Shown piece after piece: positions 1-14,937 of a DNA stretch of 64,000 bases (position 1 is the stretch's first letter; each line of letters opens with the position of its first letter). The notes under the pieces are model-generated. The model was given only the letters and a program-made list of their open reading frames with translations, searched no databases and was not told the DNA's origin. The stretch is from the human T2T-CHM13v2.0 reference genome, Homo sapiens. The stretch lies in the NCBI RefSeq assembly GCF_009914755.1, contig NC_060928.1; one strand, 5' to 3'. Position numbers and translations under genes: made by a program.

Positions 1-108
1 GTTACTCTGGGCAAACCATTGTCACTTAAATATTTCTTGATCAAGTGCTGAAGAACTAAATAGAACAACTCTAAGAATATTAGGAAAAGACTATTTTTGA
101 CTGTTTCA

Positions 109-450
<342 letters not shown>

Positions 451-575
451 AAGAAAGAAAGGAAAAGAAAGAAGGGAAGAAAGAGAGAGGGAGGAAAGAA
501 GGGAGGAAGGAAGGAAGGAAGGAAGGAAGGAAGGAAGGGAGGGAGGGAGGGAGGGAGGGAGGGAAAAAGAAAAGA
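451..575 (+). repeat. Purine-rich (GAAA)n/(GGAA)n/(GGGA)n tract derived from the Alu tail
   Basis: Direct reading; explains the low-complexity ORFs at 306-647. Confidence 0.95.
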
Positions 576-1043
576 GGTGAGCACACGGTTACTTTGAGGA
601 AAACAAAGATGAAACTTCACATCACATTCCAACAAGTCACAGCTTGATCTCTAAGCTTTGCAGTCAAAAAGATTTTATATAAACATGAAGTACTTCTACT
701 GTCTCCCAAAGCCTATCCCCTGATCAGTCCTCAGCTTAGAACATTGACCAATTACACAGCTCACACTAGGCTGATCTCAGATTCTCCTCTGAACTTCTCT
801 TAGGGAGAACCTGCTTTCTGAGGACATTCCCACACTCAGTTCGCTGGGCTGTTGTCCATTTTTCATTAGCCTCAAAGGTTTAATGGCAACTCCATCACCA
901 AAATATTAATCACACAATGAAGTTACAGATTTTCCAACATTCTTGAGCAAGATGTGCTAAGACTTATGTTACATTTGGCCCACGTTCACATTCTTTGGTT
1001 CTATTTAATCTCAATTAATTTCTGTAAATTCCTCATTTGCATG

Positions 1044-1102
1044 CTCTCTCTCTCTTTCTCTGTGTGTGTGTGTGTGTGTGTCTGTCTGTCTGTCTGTCTG
1101 TC
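1044..1102. repeat. Compound microsatellite (CT)n(GT)n(CTGT)n
   Basis: Direct reading. Confidence 0.95.
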
Positions 1103-2189
1103 TATGACAAATACACCTGAAGTTAAGGGGAAAAAGTAAAGATGTTTGGGCCATAGCATGGGCCTCTCCTAAGCCATATCTGCAGTCAGGATAACAAAGA
1201 AAATTAGCATGTTATATAACGAATATGTCTGAAAACTGAATTAGAAAGATATCCCTGTTACCTAAGGAAAAGCCACTCACAGTGGCTCTCTGACTTTTTT
1301 TAATTTATGGAGACAAAAATATTTCTACTTTACTGAATACTGCATATAGAAATTTAATAAGCCAAAACATGCCCTCCTATTTAAAACCAATTATAATTTT
1401 TGTTGAAAACCATTATCATTCAAATTGTTGCATACATATATATAATACATTTTACTACTTTATGAAGAGGAAAATTTAAATATTTACCATTTATCTAAAA
1501 TGCCTGTTCACATACATAAAATTATCATGTAAAAACTAAAATTTCTCTTTATTTAGAATGCAAAACATTCAGGATTTAACAACTGGCATATAAAAATAGT
1601 AATGACCCTACTAAAGTAAATTTAAAAGATATCATTTCTATTTAAATGTCATCACATTTAGGCAAATTTGACAGATTGCCTCCTCACAGAAAAACGTTTA
1701 GGCAGTATATGGATTTAAAATACATTATATTGTAGGCTAGGAGTCAAACATGTTAATTATCTAGCATCGTTCCTCTACAGAATGGATTTCTCCAGCTTCA
1801 ACATGCCTCATGCCCCCATTTAGAGACTAATGCTATTACCTGTCTGTAAGCTAATATTCAGGTGAAATGAGGTAGTTTGGTGACCTAAATTATCTTCTAA
1901 TACCCTTAACCTTTAGCTGGTAAAAGCTTAGCCTAACAACATGTCAAATGAGGCCTAGTTCTGGCTGTAATGAAATTTCCACCTCATGTAAGCCTGTAAC
2001 TTGTCTATGCTTTTCCCCTTTACAGTGGTGTCTTTTACATATGCTAAAAAAGGAGTTAGTTGATATATGTTTCTCTGGAAATTTGCATAAAGGAGGACAC
2101 TGGAAAGGAAAATTAGAGAGTCAAAAACCTTGAAACTGCTTTTGGCTCTAGGCTAGGGAGATTTTTATTTTTACTTTTTAATCTACTAA

Positions 2190-2540
2190 TTTATTTAAAA
2201 GGAATGTATAATACACATATAGTAAAGAGCACGAATCTTAGCATACGGATTGATGAATTTTTATGTACACATATAGCCTAGTAACCACCCAGCTCAAGAT
2301 ACAGAACATTCTCGTCAACCTACAAGCTTTCCTCATGTACCTTCCTAGCCAATACTCTCCCTCTACTCAGAGGTAACTGCTCCTTTTTTTTTTAATTGAC
2401 AAATAATCATTGTATTTATTTATAGGGTACAATATGATGTTTGATATATGTATACACTGTAGAAAGAGGTAGAAACCAACCAACATTTTACCCCCTGCTT
2501 CATTTAAATGAGAAAATGCAATATGTGTCTTTCTGTAGGC
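2190..2540 (-). mobile_element. Old L1M 3'-end fragments (L1ME-like, then L1MA-like)
   Basis: GTAACCACCCAGCTCAAGATACAGAACATT and TTTTAATTGACAAATAATCATTGTATTTATTTATAGGGTACAA resemble antisense L1M 3' ends. Confidence 0.65.
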
Positions 2541-3799
2541 TACAGAAAATTTTTAAGATATTAACTTTTATGGTTGAAGAGAAGAGAAAGAGAACAAAAA
2601 GCTTCTCTTAAAGCAGAATCAAGGCTTGTGGATAATTTAAATTTAACAATAATGTGTAAGTTCCTGGCTATCACTTCAACAAAAACATATTAACAGAACA
2701 TATTTCAAATAACTGAGTTTTTCACAATAAAACTTTCTCTTTATTAATGTCAGGACTCAGAGTTTACTACAAATTTATCTCGATAAGAGGGAGAGAACAT
2801 GTAATAAAAGAGCGTAGAACTACTGTGTAACAAATAAAACGAAGTTTTAAAAGTATTGTGCATATATATGTATAAATGTGTGTATATATACATATTTTAA
2901 AGGGAAAACTCAGAGTCTAGATTAAACAGATATGACCTATAAAATTGATATCAAAAATATTTTCAATACTTTATGAAACTTTGTTCTTTGGAAGTTAATT
3001 ACATTTCGCTTAATATACTGTTAAGAAAAGAGAAGAGTAACTGACAGCTGTTCTCCCTCACTAGCAGGCCAACTTCATGAGTGGTCATCACAAAAATGCT
3101 CATTAATTTAGATGACCACTCATAGTGTTACAGTTTTAGACAGCACACTGCATTGGGAGGGGTATATGTAATTACGTTTTGTGTGTGTGTATTACTAGGG
3201 ATTTGGGAGGTCAAATAATAACTCTCCTGCTCTGTCTTGAACTGAAACCAAATGAGCAATAGGACAGGAGCCTCTGTATACTTGGCCGAATTTTTCTACA
3301 GAGAGGACTTCCACTAAACCTAGAAGAATGTGTTTGGTTCCCTGTCACCTCTTTATATGTGTGTGTATTTGTGACTAAATACAAAACCTACCCTGCCTTT
3401 CAGGTGAACACCCTGCTGAATCATATAGCTTTTATTAAACATCAGAACGATTAGAATGGGAAGGTACACATCAATGTGATAGTCTATATTCCCACCGAAG
3501 TTAAAAATTCGGTCATTCAACTCTACGGAGCATCTGATATTTTGAGTAATTCACATAGTTGTGAACAAGCTATTCAAGGACCTTATGCTCACAGGGCTTC
3601 TACATAAATAATGCTAAAAGAAAAGCATTAAGCCTTTTCCCAAAAATGTCCTCATTGTAAGGGTGTTTCTTCCTCATATCTTCAAAGACACTTTCGGTTA
3701 AAAACCCAGGGATAGAATGCAGCTTTATGCCAAAAAAAAGATGGAAATACCTAAAGCTATCCAGAGAAGAAATAGACAGCCTCAAAGGCACTGTTCATA

Positions 3800-3880
3800 A
3801 GGTGCACAGCCATCTGGCATGGGTTGTCTATTAGTATTAGAAGGATCAAATGACCCTTAAGAGTCCATTCAACTCTTTTC
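3800..3880 (+). mobile_element. Possible CR1/L3 3'-end fragment
   Basis: GGATCAAATGACCCTTAAGAGTCCATTCAACTCT resembles the CR1 terminus GACTAGATGACCTCCNAAGGTCCCTTCCAACTCT. Confidence 0.4.
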
Positions 3881-4284
3881 AAATTTTTATACCTTCTTTT
3901 GTAAATACAGAGTAGAAAAAAATTGAAGTAGACAGCATGGAATTCCAATTGTCCCCATTGAAAGAAACAAAGTATTAGCAACTCATTACACATTCTGCTG
4001 TCTTTCTTGTGTCCATACTATATTCTTACACTGGGTACCTTTCCATTCATTAATTCATTTATCCAGAAAACAAAATTTTTAACATTGTGATAAACCCCAA
4101 AGAATTATTCAAATAAGCATTATGTCTGAATGAAGGTCCATTTCCTGGGCTTCAAAATACATCTCTTTAAGATAAACTGGAAAGTCTATGTTATATTCAT
4201 TGACCATGAGTTTACAAAGTAAGGAGTCCTGCTCAATAGGGGTAAAAAGTTTCACTGTCTTCAGAGAAGAGTCTAACCAACGGT

Positions 4285-5150
4285 TTTGTTTTACTTTAAT
4301 ATTGTGAAATACAATACACATAAAGAAAATTGCATAAAACAAATATATATGTACCATTCCCAATCAATCCCATTACCCAACCTAAATGAAACATTTTTCT
4401 GATTTTGTTAATTATTTATTTGCTTTTCTTTATAGTCTTATCATCTAAGTACATCCTTAAACACCACAGTTTAGTGTTGCCTATTCTTGAACATTATAAA
4501 GATGGTATCACATCGTATGTAATTTTTTGTGAGAATGGATCCTTTGGTTCAATATTATATTGGTGTAATTTGTTTATGTTGTCCCTTTAGCTGTAGTTCC
4601 TTCATTTTCTCTAATGAATAATGTTTCATTCTACATATATGTGCTATTCATGTGTCCATTTCTCTGTTAGTGGAAACTTGGCATATTCCTTGTTGGGAGT
4701 ATAATAAATTAAGCTGCTATGAGTATTCTTGGACTTCTGTTTAGAAGCATATGTGCATGCATTTCAACAGAAGTGGAATTTCTAAATCATAGAGACCACC
4801 ATATCCTCAAGTTTAGAAGACAATGTCAATTTGTTCTTGCAAAATGGTTGTACTGATTACGCACCCACCAGCTCTGTTTGAAAGGTCTTTGTTTTTTAAA
4901 TTTCAGTCATATTGGGTATATAGTGCTATCTCATTGTGATTTTAACTGGCATTTCCCTGATTACTAATGAGGTGATCACTTTTTTAGATGTTTATTGGCC
5001 ATCTAAACTTCTTTTTTTAATTATCTTTTCAAATCTTTTTATACTAAATTGTTTATGTTTTTCTTATTGATTTGTAGTTCTTTGAGTATACTAAATATAA
5101 GACCTTTATTGGGAATATGTTTTGCAAATATCTTCACTCACTTTATATTG
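4285..5150 (-). mobile_element. L1ME-type LINE fragment
   Basis: Antisense L1 3' motifs, e.g. TATCTCATTGTGATTTTAACTGGCATTTCCCTGATTACTAATGAGG. Confidence 0.8.
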
Positions 5151-5304
5151 TTTTAAGTATAATAATTACTTAATTATGATATCATTTCAAGGGAGACTGA
5201 CAAGATAATATGACATTTTAATCATTAGGGCAAACTCTAAATTTAATAAAGAAGTATAGTGTCAAAAACTGAATTTTTTTCAAAAATATCTATTTATTTG
5301 AAAA

Positions 5305-5490
5305 AAATTTTAATTTATTTTTAATTTTTATGAATACATAGTAGTTGTATGTATTTATGAGGCATTTGGAATGTTTTGATGCAGGCATGCAATGCATAAT
5401 GATCACATCAGGGTAAATTAGGTCTTCATCACTTCAAGCATGTATCCTTTGTGTTAAAAACGATCCAATTATACTCTGTTAATTATTTTA
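5305..5490 (-). mobile_element. L1MA2/3-like 3' end
   Basis: GCAGGCATGCAATGCATAATGATCACATCAGGGTAAAT...CCAATTATACTCT. Confidence 0.75.
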
Positions 5491-8470
5491 TATTTTATTT
5501 TTATGTTTTAATTGTTTTTCCTTTATTTCTTCTAAAGAAAAAATACGTGCAGGTTTGTTACATAGGTATACGTGTGCCGTGGTGGTTTGCTGCACCTATC
5601 GACCCATCTTCTAAGTTCCCTCCCCTCAACCCCTACCCCAGAACAGGCCCTGGTGTGTGTTGTTCCCCTCTGTGTCCATGTATGCTCAATGTTCAACTCC
5701 CACTTATGAGTGAGAACATGTGGTGTTTGGTTTTCTGTTCCTGTGTTAGTTTGCTGAGGATGATGGTTTCCAGCTTCATCCATGTCCCTGCAAAGGACAT
5801 GATCTCATTCCTTTTTATGGCTGTATAGTATTCCATGGTGTATATGTGCCACATTTTCTTTATCCAGTCTATCATTGATGGACATTTGGGTTGGTTTCAT
5901 GCCTTTGCTATTGTAAATAGTGCTGCAAAAAACATACATGTGCATGTGTCTCTATAGTAGAATAATTTATATTCCTTTGTGTATATACCCAGTACTGGGA
6001 TTGCTGGGTCAAATGGTATTTCTGGTTCCAGATCCTTGAGGAATCACCATACTGTCTTCCACAATGGTTGAACTAATTTACATTCCACCAACAGTGTAAA
6101 AGCATTCCTGTTTCTCCACAACCTCGACAGCATCTATTGTTTCCTGACTTTTTAATAATAACCATTCTGACTGGCATGAGATGGTATCTCATTGTGGTTT
6201 TGATTTGTATTTCTTTGAAGATCAGTGATGTTGAGCTTTTTTTCATATGTTTGTTGGCCATGTAAATGTCTTCTTTTGCAAAGTGTCTGTTCATATCCTC
6301 TGCCCACTTTTTGATGGGATTGTTTGTTTTTTTCTCACAAATATGTTTAAGTTTCTTGTAAATTGCAGATATTAGGCCTTTGTCAGAAGGGTAGATTGCA
6401 AAAATTTTCTCCCATTCTGTAGGTTGCCTGTTCACTCTGACGATAGTTCCTTTTGCTGTGCAGAAGCTCTTTAATTAGGTCTCATTTGTCAATTTTGGCT
6501 TTTGTTGCAATTGCTTTTGGTGTTTTTGTCATGAGGTCTTTGCCTATGCCTGTGTCCTGAATGGTATTGCCTAGGTTTTCTTCTAGGGTTTTTATGGTTT
6601 GGGGTTTTACATTTAAGTCTTTAATCCATCTTGAGTTAATTTTTTTGTATAAGGTGTAAGGAAAGGGTCCAGTTTCAGTTTTCTGCATATGGCTAGCCAG
6701 TTTTCCCAGCACCATTTACTGAATAGGAGATCATTTCCCCATTGCTTATTTTTGTCAGGCGTCAGATGGTTGTAGATATGTGGTGTTATTTCTGAGGTCT
6801 CTGTTCTACTCCATTGGTCTATATATCTGTTTTGGTACCAGTACCATGCTGTTTTGGTTACTGCAGCTTTGTAGTATAGTTTGAAGTCAAGTAGCATGAT
6901 GTCTCCAGCTTTTTTTTTTTTTTTTTTTTTTTGCTTAGGATTGTCTTGGCTATATGGGGTCTTCTTTGATTCCATATGAAATATAAAATAGTTTTTTCGA
7001 ATTCTGTGAAGAATGGCAATGGTAGTTTGATGGGAATAGCATTGAATCTATAAATTACTTTGGGTAGTATGGCCATTTTCACAATATTGATTCTTCCTAT
7101 CCATGAGCATGGAATGTTTTTCCTTTTGTTTCTGTCCTCTCTTATTTCCTTGAGCAGTGGTTTGTAATTCTCCTTGAAAAGGTCTTTCACATCCCTTGTT
7201 AGCTGTATTCCTATGTATTTTATCCTTTTTGGAGCAATTGTGAATGGAAGTTCATTCGTGATTTGGCTCTCTGCTTGCCTATTATTGGCATATAGGAATG
7301 CTTGTGATTTTTGCACATTGATTTTGTATACTGAGACTTTGCTGAAGTTGCTTATCAGGTCAAGAAGTTTTTGGGCTGAGATGATGGGGTTTTCTAAATA
7401 TAAAATTATGTCATCTGCAAACAGAGACAACTTGACTTCCTCTCTTCCTATTTGAATACACTTTATTTCTCTCTCTTGCCTGATTGCCCTGGCCAGAACT
7501 TCCAATACTATGTTGACTAAGGGTGGTGAGAGAGGGCATCCTTATCTTATACTGGTTTTCAAAGGGAATGCTTCCAGCTTTTGCCTATTCAGTATGCTAT
7601 TGGCTGTGGGTTTGTCATCAATAGCTCTCATTATTTTGAGATATGTTCCATCAATATCTAGTTTATGGAGAGTTTTTAACACTAAGTGATGTTGAATTTT
7701 ATCAAAGGCCTTTTCTGCATCTATTGAGATAATCATGTGGTTTTTGTCTTTGCTTCTGTTTATGTGATGGATTATGTTTATTGATTTGCATATGTTGAAC
7801 CAGCCTTGCATCCCAGGGATGAAGCCAACTTGGTCTTGGTGGATAAGCTTTTTGATGTGCTGCTGGATTCAGTTTGCCAGTATTTTACTGAGGATTTTTG
7901 CATCGATGTTCATCAGAGATATTGGCCTGAAGTTTTCTTTTTTTTGTTGTGTCTCTTACCAGTTTTAGTATCAGGATGATGCTAGCTTCATAAAATCAGT
8001 TAGGGAAGAGTCTTTCCTTTTCAATTGTTTGGAATTGTTTCAGAAGGAGTGGTACCAGCTCCTCTTTGTATTTCTGGTAGAATTCAGCTGTGAATCTATC
8101 TGGTCTTAGGCTTTTTTTGGTTGGTAGGCTATTAATTACTGCCTCAATTTCACAGCTTGTTATTGGTCTATTCAGAGATTCAACTTCTTCCTGGTTTTGT
8201 CTTGGTAGGGTGTATGAGTCCAGGAATTTATCCGTTTCTTCTAGATTTTCTAGTTTATTTGCATAGTAGTGTTTATAGTATTCTCTGATGGTAGTTTGTA
8301 TTTCTGTGGGGTCAGTGGTGATATCCCCTTTACCATTTTTTATTGTGTCTGTTTGATGCTTTTCTTTTCTTCTTTATTAACCTATCTAGTGGTCTATTTT
8401 GTTCATTGTTTTTCAAAAAACCACCTCCAGGATTCTTTGTTTTTTGGAGGGTTTGTTTTGTCTCTATCTC
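5491..8470 (-). mobile_element. 5'-truncated L1 (L1PA8A-like, ~3 kb) with disrupted ORF2
   Basis: ORF2 RT fragments ([26 protein letters not shown]) in ORFs 6073-7811; 3' end TTTATTTCTTCTAAA...CTAAGTTCCCTCCCCTC. Confidence 0.92.
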
Positions 8471-8479
8471 CTAATAACT

Positions 8480-9400
<921 letters not shown>

Positions 9401-9615
9401 AAATAAATAATGAAATATATGTGTGTGTATAGATAGATAAGTAACTGAGCTTTTCACTTTTTGTTTTGAAAGGACTGTTAAATTATAGGTGCCCCTGAAT
9501 GCATTTTTATTCTCAGTAAGGATGCATATGCTTATCTTAGCTGGACCCACAAGGAGAAGGCCTGATTGTCAAGACCTAGGAAAAGCCTGAGGTGGCTTCC
9601 TGCTGCTCCCTTGGA

Positions 9616-9633
9616 GGCCTGTAGGAGGCGCCA
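9616..9633 (+). promoter_or_regulatory. Candidate CTCF motif
   Basis: GGCCTGTAGGAGGCGCCA vs core CCASYAGRKGGCRS (2 mismatches); CpG retained. Confidence 0.3.
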
Positions 9634-10099
9634 TTCTGCCCCCATCATCCGTTAAGGGCTTGGCTCTGACAGCTCTCTGAAGCTCACTACCTAACTCCTT
9701 CCTAAGAAGCAAAATCTGACCAGGATGGTAAGAAACTATCACCCTTAGCTTTCTTCTTTGGACACTCTCCATACTCTCCATTTTCCTGCATGCCTTCAGA
9801 GCACTGTAAGCAGCAACGAAATTTTATTTTCTGTGTAAACACCTGCTCATTTAGAGAAAAAGAGTCAGTATCTCCTCTACCTCTGCAACCTGAAGCTGAC
9901 TCCCTAATCGAACTGATTCAGCTCCCAGCTAATAGGAAGAACCTCCTCTCCATTAACCTCACACCATATTTTACGGTTTCAGATAAAAAGAACATTCCTT
10001 TCAAATGCCTCCCCACCTCCTAAACCACAGTAAACAACCTTCAATTGGTAAGAAAAACCACAGTTTTTAAAAATATTTTTAAAGAATTAGTTAATAACA

Positions 10100-10419
10100 T
10101 GTCAAGCATGATGGTAAATGCCTGTAATCCCAGCACTTTGAGAGGCCAAAGCAGGAGATCCCTTGAGGCCAGGAATTGGAGACCAGCCAGGGCAAAGTAG
10201 CAAGACCCTGTCTCTAATTTTAAAAAAAGGTTTTTTTTAATTAGCCAGGCATGGTAGCGAATGCCTGTAGTCCCAGCTACTCAGGAGGCAGAGGCAGGAG
10301 GATTGCATGAGCCCAGGAGTTCATGGCTGTAGTGAGCTATGATCCATGCCTGCACTCCAGCCTGGGTGACAGAGCAAGACCCTGTCTCTCAAAAAAAAAA
10401 AAGAAAAAAGAAAGAAAAA
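10100..10419 (+). mobile_element. AluJ-type SINE
   Basis: Diverged dimeric Alu (TTGAGGCCAGGA, GAGCCCAGGAG); flanking TAGTTAATAA duplication. Confidence 0.92.
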
Positions 10420-10759
10420 TAGTTAATAATAAAAATAATGAGCCACTGCTAAGGATATAAGAAAGAAATACTGAAAAATGACCAAAGAATGACTCAGAAC
10501 ATTATATAATGTTCTCAAATCCCCCAGAGGGTCCAGAGAGCTCTGCAACCTTTGCCCCCCTCATGCCTGTCATTCCAGCCTAGGCTGACCAGGGTGCAGG
10601 CTGTGTTCTTGGTGTGTGTCCATCCCACTGGACAAGAGATAACAGGCCTGCCATTCAGGCCAACTACTGCTCAGAAAAGAAGGAAACTAACATCTGGTGG
10701 GTGCCTACTATGTGTCAGGCACATTACAGACCTAAGAAGTAGCCATAGGTGAGAGTAGG

Positions 10760-10985
10760 GCCTGGAATCAGAGGGGCCAAGGTTTGACTCTCAAGTTATC
10801 AGCTGAGAGACTTCAGGCAAGTTACTTAACTGCTCCACACCTCACTTTGCTCATCTGTAAAATGGTTCATAATGCTTCATACCTTATAAAGCTCATGGTG
10901 AAGATTGCATTGTGTAACCTTGTCAATTAATTGCTTTGTACATAGCCTAAACAGAGTAATTACTCAATGAGTATTAGCTACTAAT
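10760..10985 (+). mobile_element. MIR SINE
   Basis: GGCAAGTTACTTAAC...CTCACTTTGCTCATCTGTAAAATGG core. Confidence 0.85.
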
Positions 10986-12203
10986 AGCATCATTATCGTT
11001 ATTATTGTTTCATTATCTCACATTCTCTTCTTAGGCAAAGTAAAACAAAACAAAACAAAACAAAAAAACTTCAGAATGGAAAGAACTCCTAAGCTCTCTC
11101 AGATCTAAATCAGCTCTTCCCAGCTTAGTCCAAGAGATACTTTAGAGTGTGTCATTCCTTTCACCCAGAAGTGTCTCTCACCCCAGGAAGCATCTGAGTG
11201 GACACCAGGGTTCAATGTGTTGCTCTTAACCTTAGCAATTTCTGTTGTATAGTTATAAACACACAAACCCTTGTAGTTATTTCTAAATAGGCTTGTGAAA
11301 ATAGGATTCAATCCCAAAAGTAAATTCATGCCACTCACTAAAAGTGCCATTTCAACTGGTGTCAGGTGAAGGGTGGTACTGAAATGAAACACCACCAACT
11401 GATTGCTGGGATAGCTGGCTCCCTCCTGCTGCACTGCTACTGACTGGAGGAAAATTCATCTTCAAAATACCTCATCAACAATGGGTCAGTTGAAAACTTT
11501 TGCCCATTTTTAGAACAAAATTGGAATTGTCCTTTCATGGCCATTCAAAAGCAGACAGATAATATCTGCAATTATTTGCTTCTTTGCATTTATGGAATTG
11601 TTGCTCCCCTAAAGCAGGTGGCCTGAAGCAAACTGTGCCAGCTATTTCCAGAATAATCCATGTTTGTACATTCACTCCCCACACACACTCCAAAAAATTC
11701 CGACAGGAACTAAACAGAAACAGGAACTTGCCAAAAACAGGTCTCTGACGCATGCACCTCAGCCCACAGTCATCCAGATTTCTGTCCTCCTTTGTTGCTC
11801 AATTAAATAGACATTTTTAGATGTCTTATTTGACTTTCTGAATAATTTCTGAAGCACTCACACCCACCATTGTCCACACAGCTTCATGGAAACTGCCTCA
11901 TTCTTGTCCTCATGACATCCTGTTCCCCAGCTTCTCTGGGCATCTTTCTGGCTTCTCTGTCTCTGTCTCCTTCATGGGTTCATCTTTCCCGCCCTCTTCC
12001 TTTATCTTGTGGTTGTTCCCTGGGATGCCCACATCCATGCCCCTTCCTCTCACTCTATGGTATAGATAACCACATGGCACATGATGCTTACTATCAGAGG
12101 ATACTGAAACTATAGTTCATTTCAGTTAGAGAGCTTTCAAAAAAGTTAAATCTTTTTTTTAAAAAAAGTATACACTCATGTAATTGCAAAGGCGTTTACA
12201 TGC

Positions 12204-12555
12204 TGTATTAGTCTGCTCTCATGCTGCTAATAAAGACATATCTGAGACTGGGTAATTTATAAAAGGAAGAGGTTTAATGGACTCACAGTTCCACATGGCT
12301 GGTAGGCCTCATAATCATGGTGGAAGATGAATGAAGAGCAAAGGAACATCTTATATGGTGACGGGAAAAGAGATAATGAGAGCAAAGCAAAAGGGGAAAC
12401 CCCTTATAAAACCATCAGATCTCGTGAGACTTATTCACTACCACAAGAACAGTATGGGGGAAACTGCCCTCATCATTCAATTATCTCCCATCCGGCCCCT
12501 CCCGCAACAGGGGGAAATTATGGGCTCTATAATTCAATATGAACAAACCATATCA
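12204..12555 (-). mobile_element. THE1 (MaLR) solo LTR
   Basis: TGTATTAGTC...AAACCATATCA termini; perfect 5-bp TSD CATGC (12199-12203 and 12556-12560). Confidence 0.93.
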
Positions 12556-12706
12556 CATGCCCAAAAGAAAGTAATATAAGTTAAAACTCCTAGAATATAC
12601 CCTGTTTGCATGAAGGCAGGTGGACACAGCCAGTGGGAAAGTAAATTGACATAAGCTTCCTGGAAGAGCTCTAGCAATAATTATTACTAGATTTTAAAAA
12701 CTAGCA

Positions 12707-13012
12707 GCCAGGCGCAGTGGCTCACACCTGTAATCCCAGCACTTTGGGAAGCCGAGGCAGGCAGATCACCTGAGGTTGGGAGTTCGAGACCAGCCTGACC
12801 AACATGGAGAAACTCCATCTCTATTAAAAATACAAAATTAGTTGGGCATGGTGGCGCATGCCTGTAATCCCAGCTACTCAGGAGGCTGAGGCAGGAGAAT
12901 CACTTGAAGCTAGGAGGCGGAGGTTGTGGTGAGCCAAGATCCTGCCATTGCACTCCAGCCTGGGCAATAAGAGCAAGACTCCATCTCAAAAAAACAAAAA
13001 AACAAAAAAAAA
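12707..13012 (+). mobile_element. AluSp-like SINE
   Basis: CCTGACCAACATGGAGAAA diagnostic; A-rich tail. Confidence 0.93.
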
Positions 13013-13438
13013 CTCTGAAAATGTTCATAAGCTTGGATGCAACAATTTTATTTCCACATAATAATTAGGAATGTGTGGTAATATTCTTCTTAAACAATGT
13101 GAAATTAAAAATATATTTGAAACAGCCAAAAATGGAAAGCAGTATAAATAGTTCAATAAAGTATGGTATATCGTACATGATAACATTTAAATATCTCCAA
13201 AATATATTCTTACATAAAAAAGCTAAAACTATCATATAGAGGATAACTGCAATTCCTAATATATGTATATATGTCTGTTCAAACATATATACATATAGAA
13301 AACAAAAGGGGAATAATGGAAAGAAGTCACATAGTGTTAATAATAATGATTTCTTGGTGTTAAGAAATATGAGTGAGTTATATTTCATTCTTTGAGCTTA
13401 TCTATATTTTCAAAATTTACTAAAATAGTATAGATTAT

Positions 13439-13756
13439 CCTATGGTTTGAATGTGCCCCTCAAATTTCATATGTTGAAAACTTAATCCCCAAATTTATAT
13501 ATTAATTGGAGGTGGAGCCTTTGGAGGCAATTAGGATTGGACAAGGTTATGAAGGTGGGAGCCCCATGATGGGACTTGTGATGCCCCCTACCATGTTATA
13601 ATGCATCAGGAAGGCCCTCACAAGATGCTGACTCCTCTACCTGGACTTTCCAGCCTCTAGATTCATGAGCTAAAAAAACCTCTATTCTCATAAATTACCC
13701 AGTCTGTCGTATTCAGTTATAGCAACTGGTATTCAGTCCACAACATGGACTAAGAC
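13439..13756 (+). mobile_element. MST/MLT1A-type MaLR solo LTR
   Basis: TATGGTTTGAATGT...AAATTACCCAGTCTG...GGACTAAGACA. Confidence 0.85.
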
Positions 13757-14268
13757 AGATTACTTTTGAAATGAATAGAGATAAACTTTTTAGGAAAAAG
13801 CCTCTGAGATGAGGGGGCCATATTAATAAAGATGATACAACAACCATTCTCTTAGCGTACTGACTTGTAGCTCCTATAAGAAAGATCCAAGCACTGGGAC
13901 TATTTGAAATAAAATACATGTTTCAGAAGGAGATGCATTTATTAAACAGACTTTAACTCCTGTCTGAGGCCAATCTAGGGACAAACATCTAAGTGTTGAT
14001 GGCTCACTTATCACAACTTTACATAGGTAGGAGAGCAGCACCTGGCTGACTCCAGAACCTGTCAATAATTTAGCTTTCTCAAATGCAGCAAGATATAAAG
14101 TGCAAAGGTGCAAGCACTGCCTTTGAAATTAAAGGAACATGGTTTACCTTTTCTCCACCCCACTAACTGACAGCATCTTAGAACCTCAGGATTGTGTGTG
14201 TGTGTGTGTGTGTGTTTAATTTGTGATATAAGGATAACTCTTACTTCACACAGTGCAAGTGAAGATTA

Positions 14269-14905
14269 CAGTTGATCTTCATTTTTCATGAATTCCATAT
14301 TTATGGATTTGCCTACTAGCTAAAATGTATTTGTAACCCCTCACATCAATAATCCCTGTACTTTCATGGTCATTCACAAATATACATGGAACAGAAAAAT
14401 GTATGAGGCCCCAACTGCACATTCCCAGCTAAGGTTGAACAAGGCAACACTCTGACTTCTCAAGTCAGCTCTCATACTATAAACAAGTGTCTTTTCACCA
14501 TCTATTTGGTGCCATATTTTTCATATTTTTATACTCCTTGTTGGTGTTTTGCTATGTTAAAAGGCCTCCCTTCCTAGTGCTGAAGTTACGTCTAGTGTTC
14601 CCCAGTCCAAGAAGGCTGTGAGGTGGCTTCCAGAGAATATCTGTGTGTCAGATAAGCTTCACTTAGGCACAAATTATAGTGCTATTGGCCATTAATTCAA
14701 TGTTAATAAATTAACAATAATATATTAGACAGATATATGCATAAAACAAGGTTATGTGTTAATTGATTGATGAAAATGCTGTGAACAGAGGCTCACAGGA
14801 ACCTAACCTCGTACTTCCCCTAAGAGCAATCATTCACTATTCAATAATTCACTCCTCTCAGCAACTTTATAGACCATAGCTACCATGACTAATGAGAATC
14901 AACTG
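14269..14905. mobile_element. MER82-like Tigger-family DNA transposon
   Basis: TIRs CAGTTGATCTTCAT / ATGAGAATCAACTG, each flanked by TA. Confidence 0.85.
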
Positions 14906-14937
14906 TATGTACAATTCATTTATGCTTTTCACAAATC

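Noticed and set aside
3600-4363. Three consecutive minus-strand ORFs with protein-like composition (e.g. SLKTVKLFTPIEQDSLL...)
   Set aside because: Frames do not join, no splice signals or family recognised, and parts overlap CR1-like and L1ME sequence; much weaker than the 22-kb candidate.
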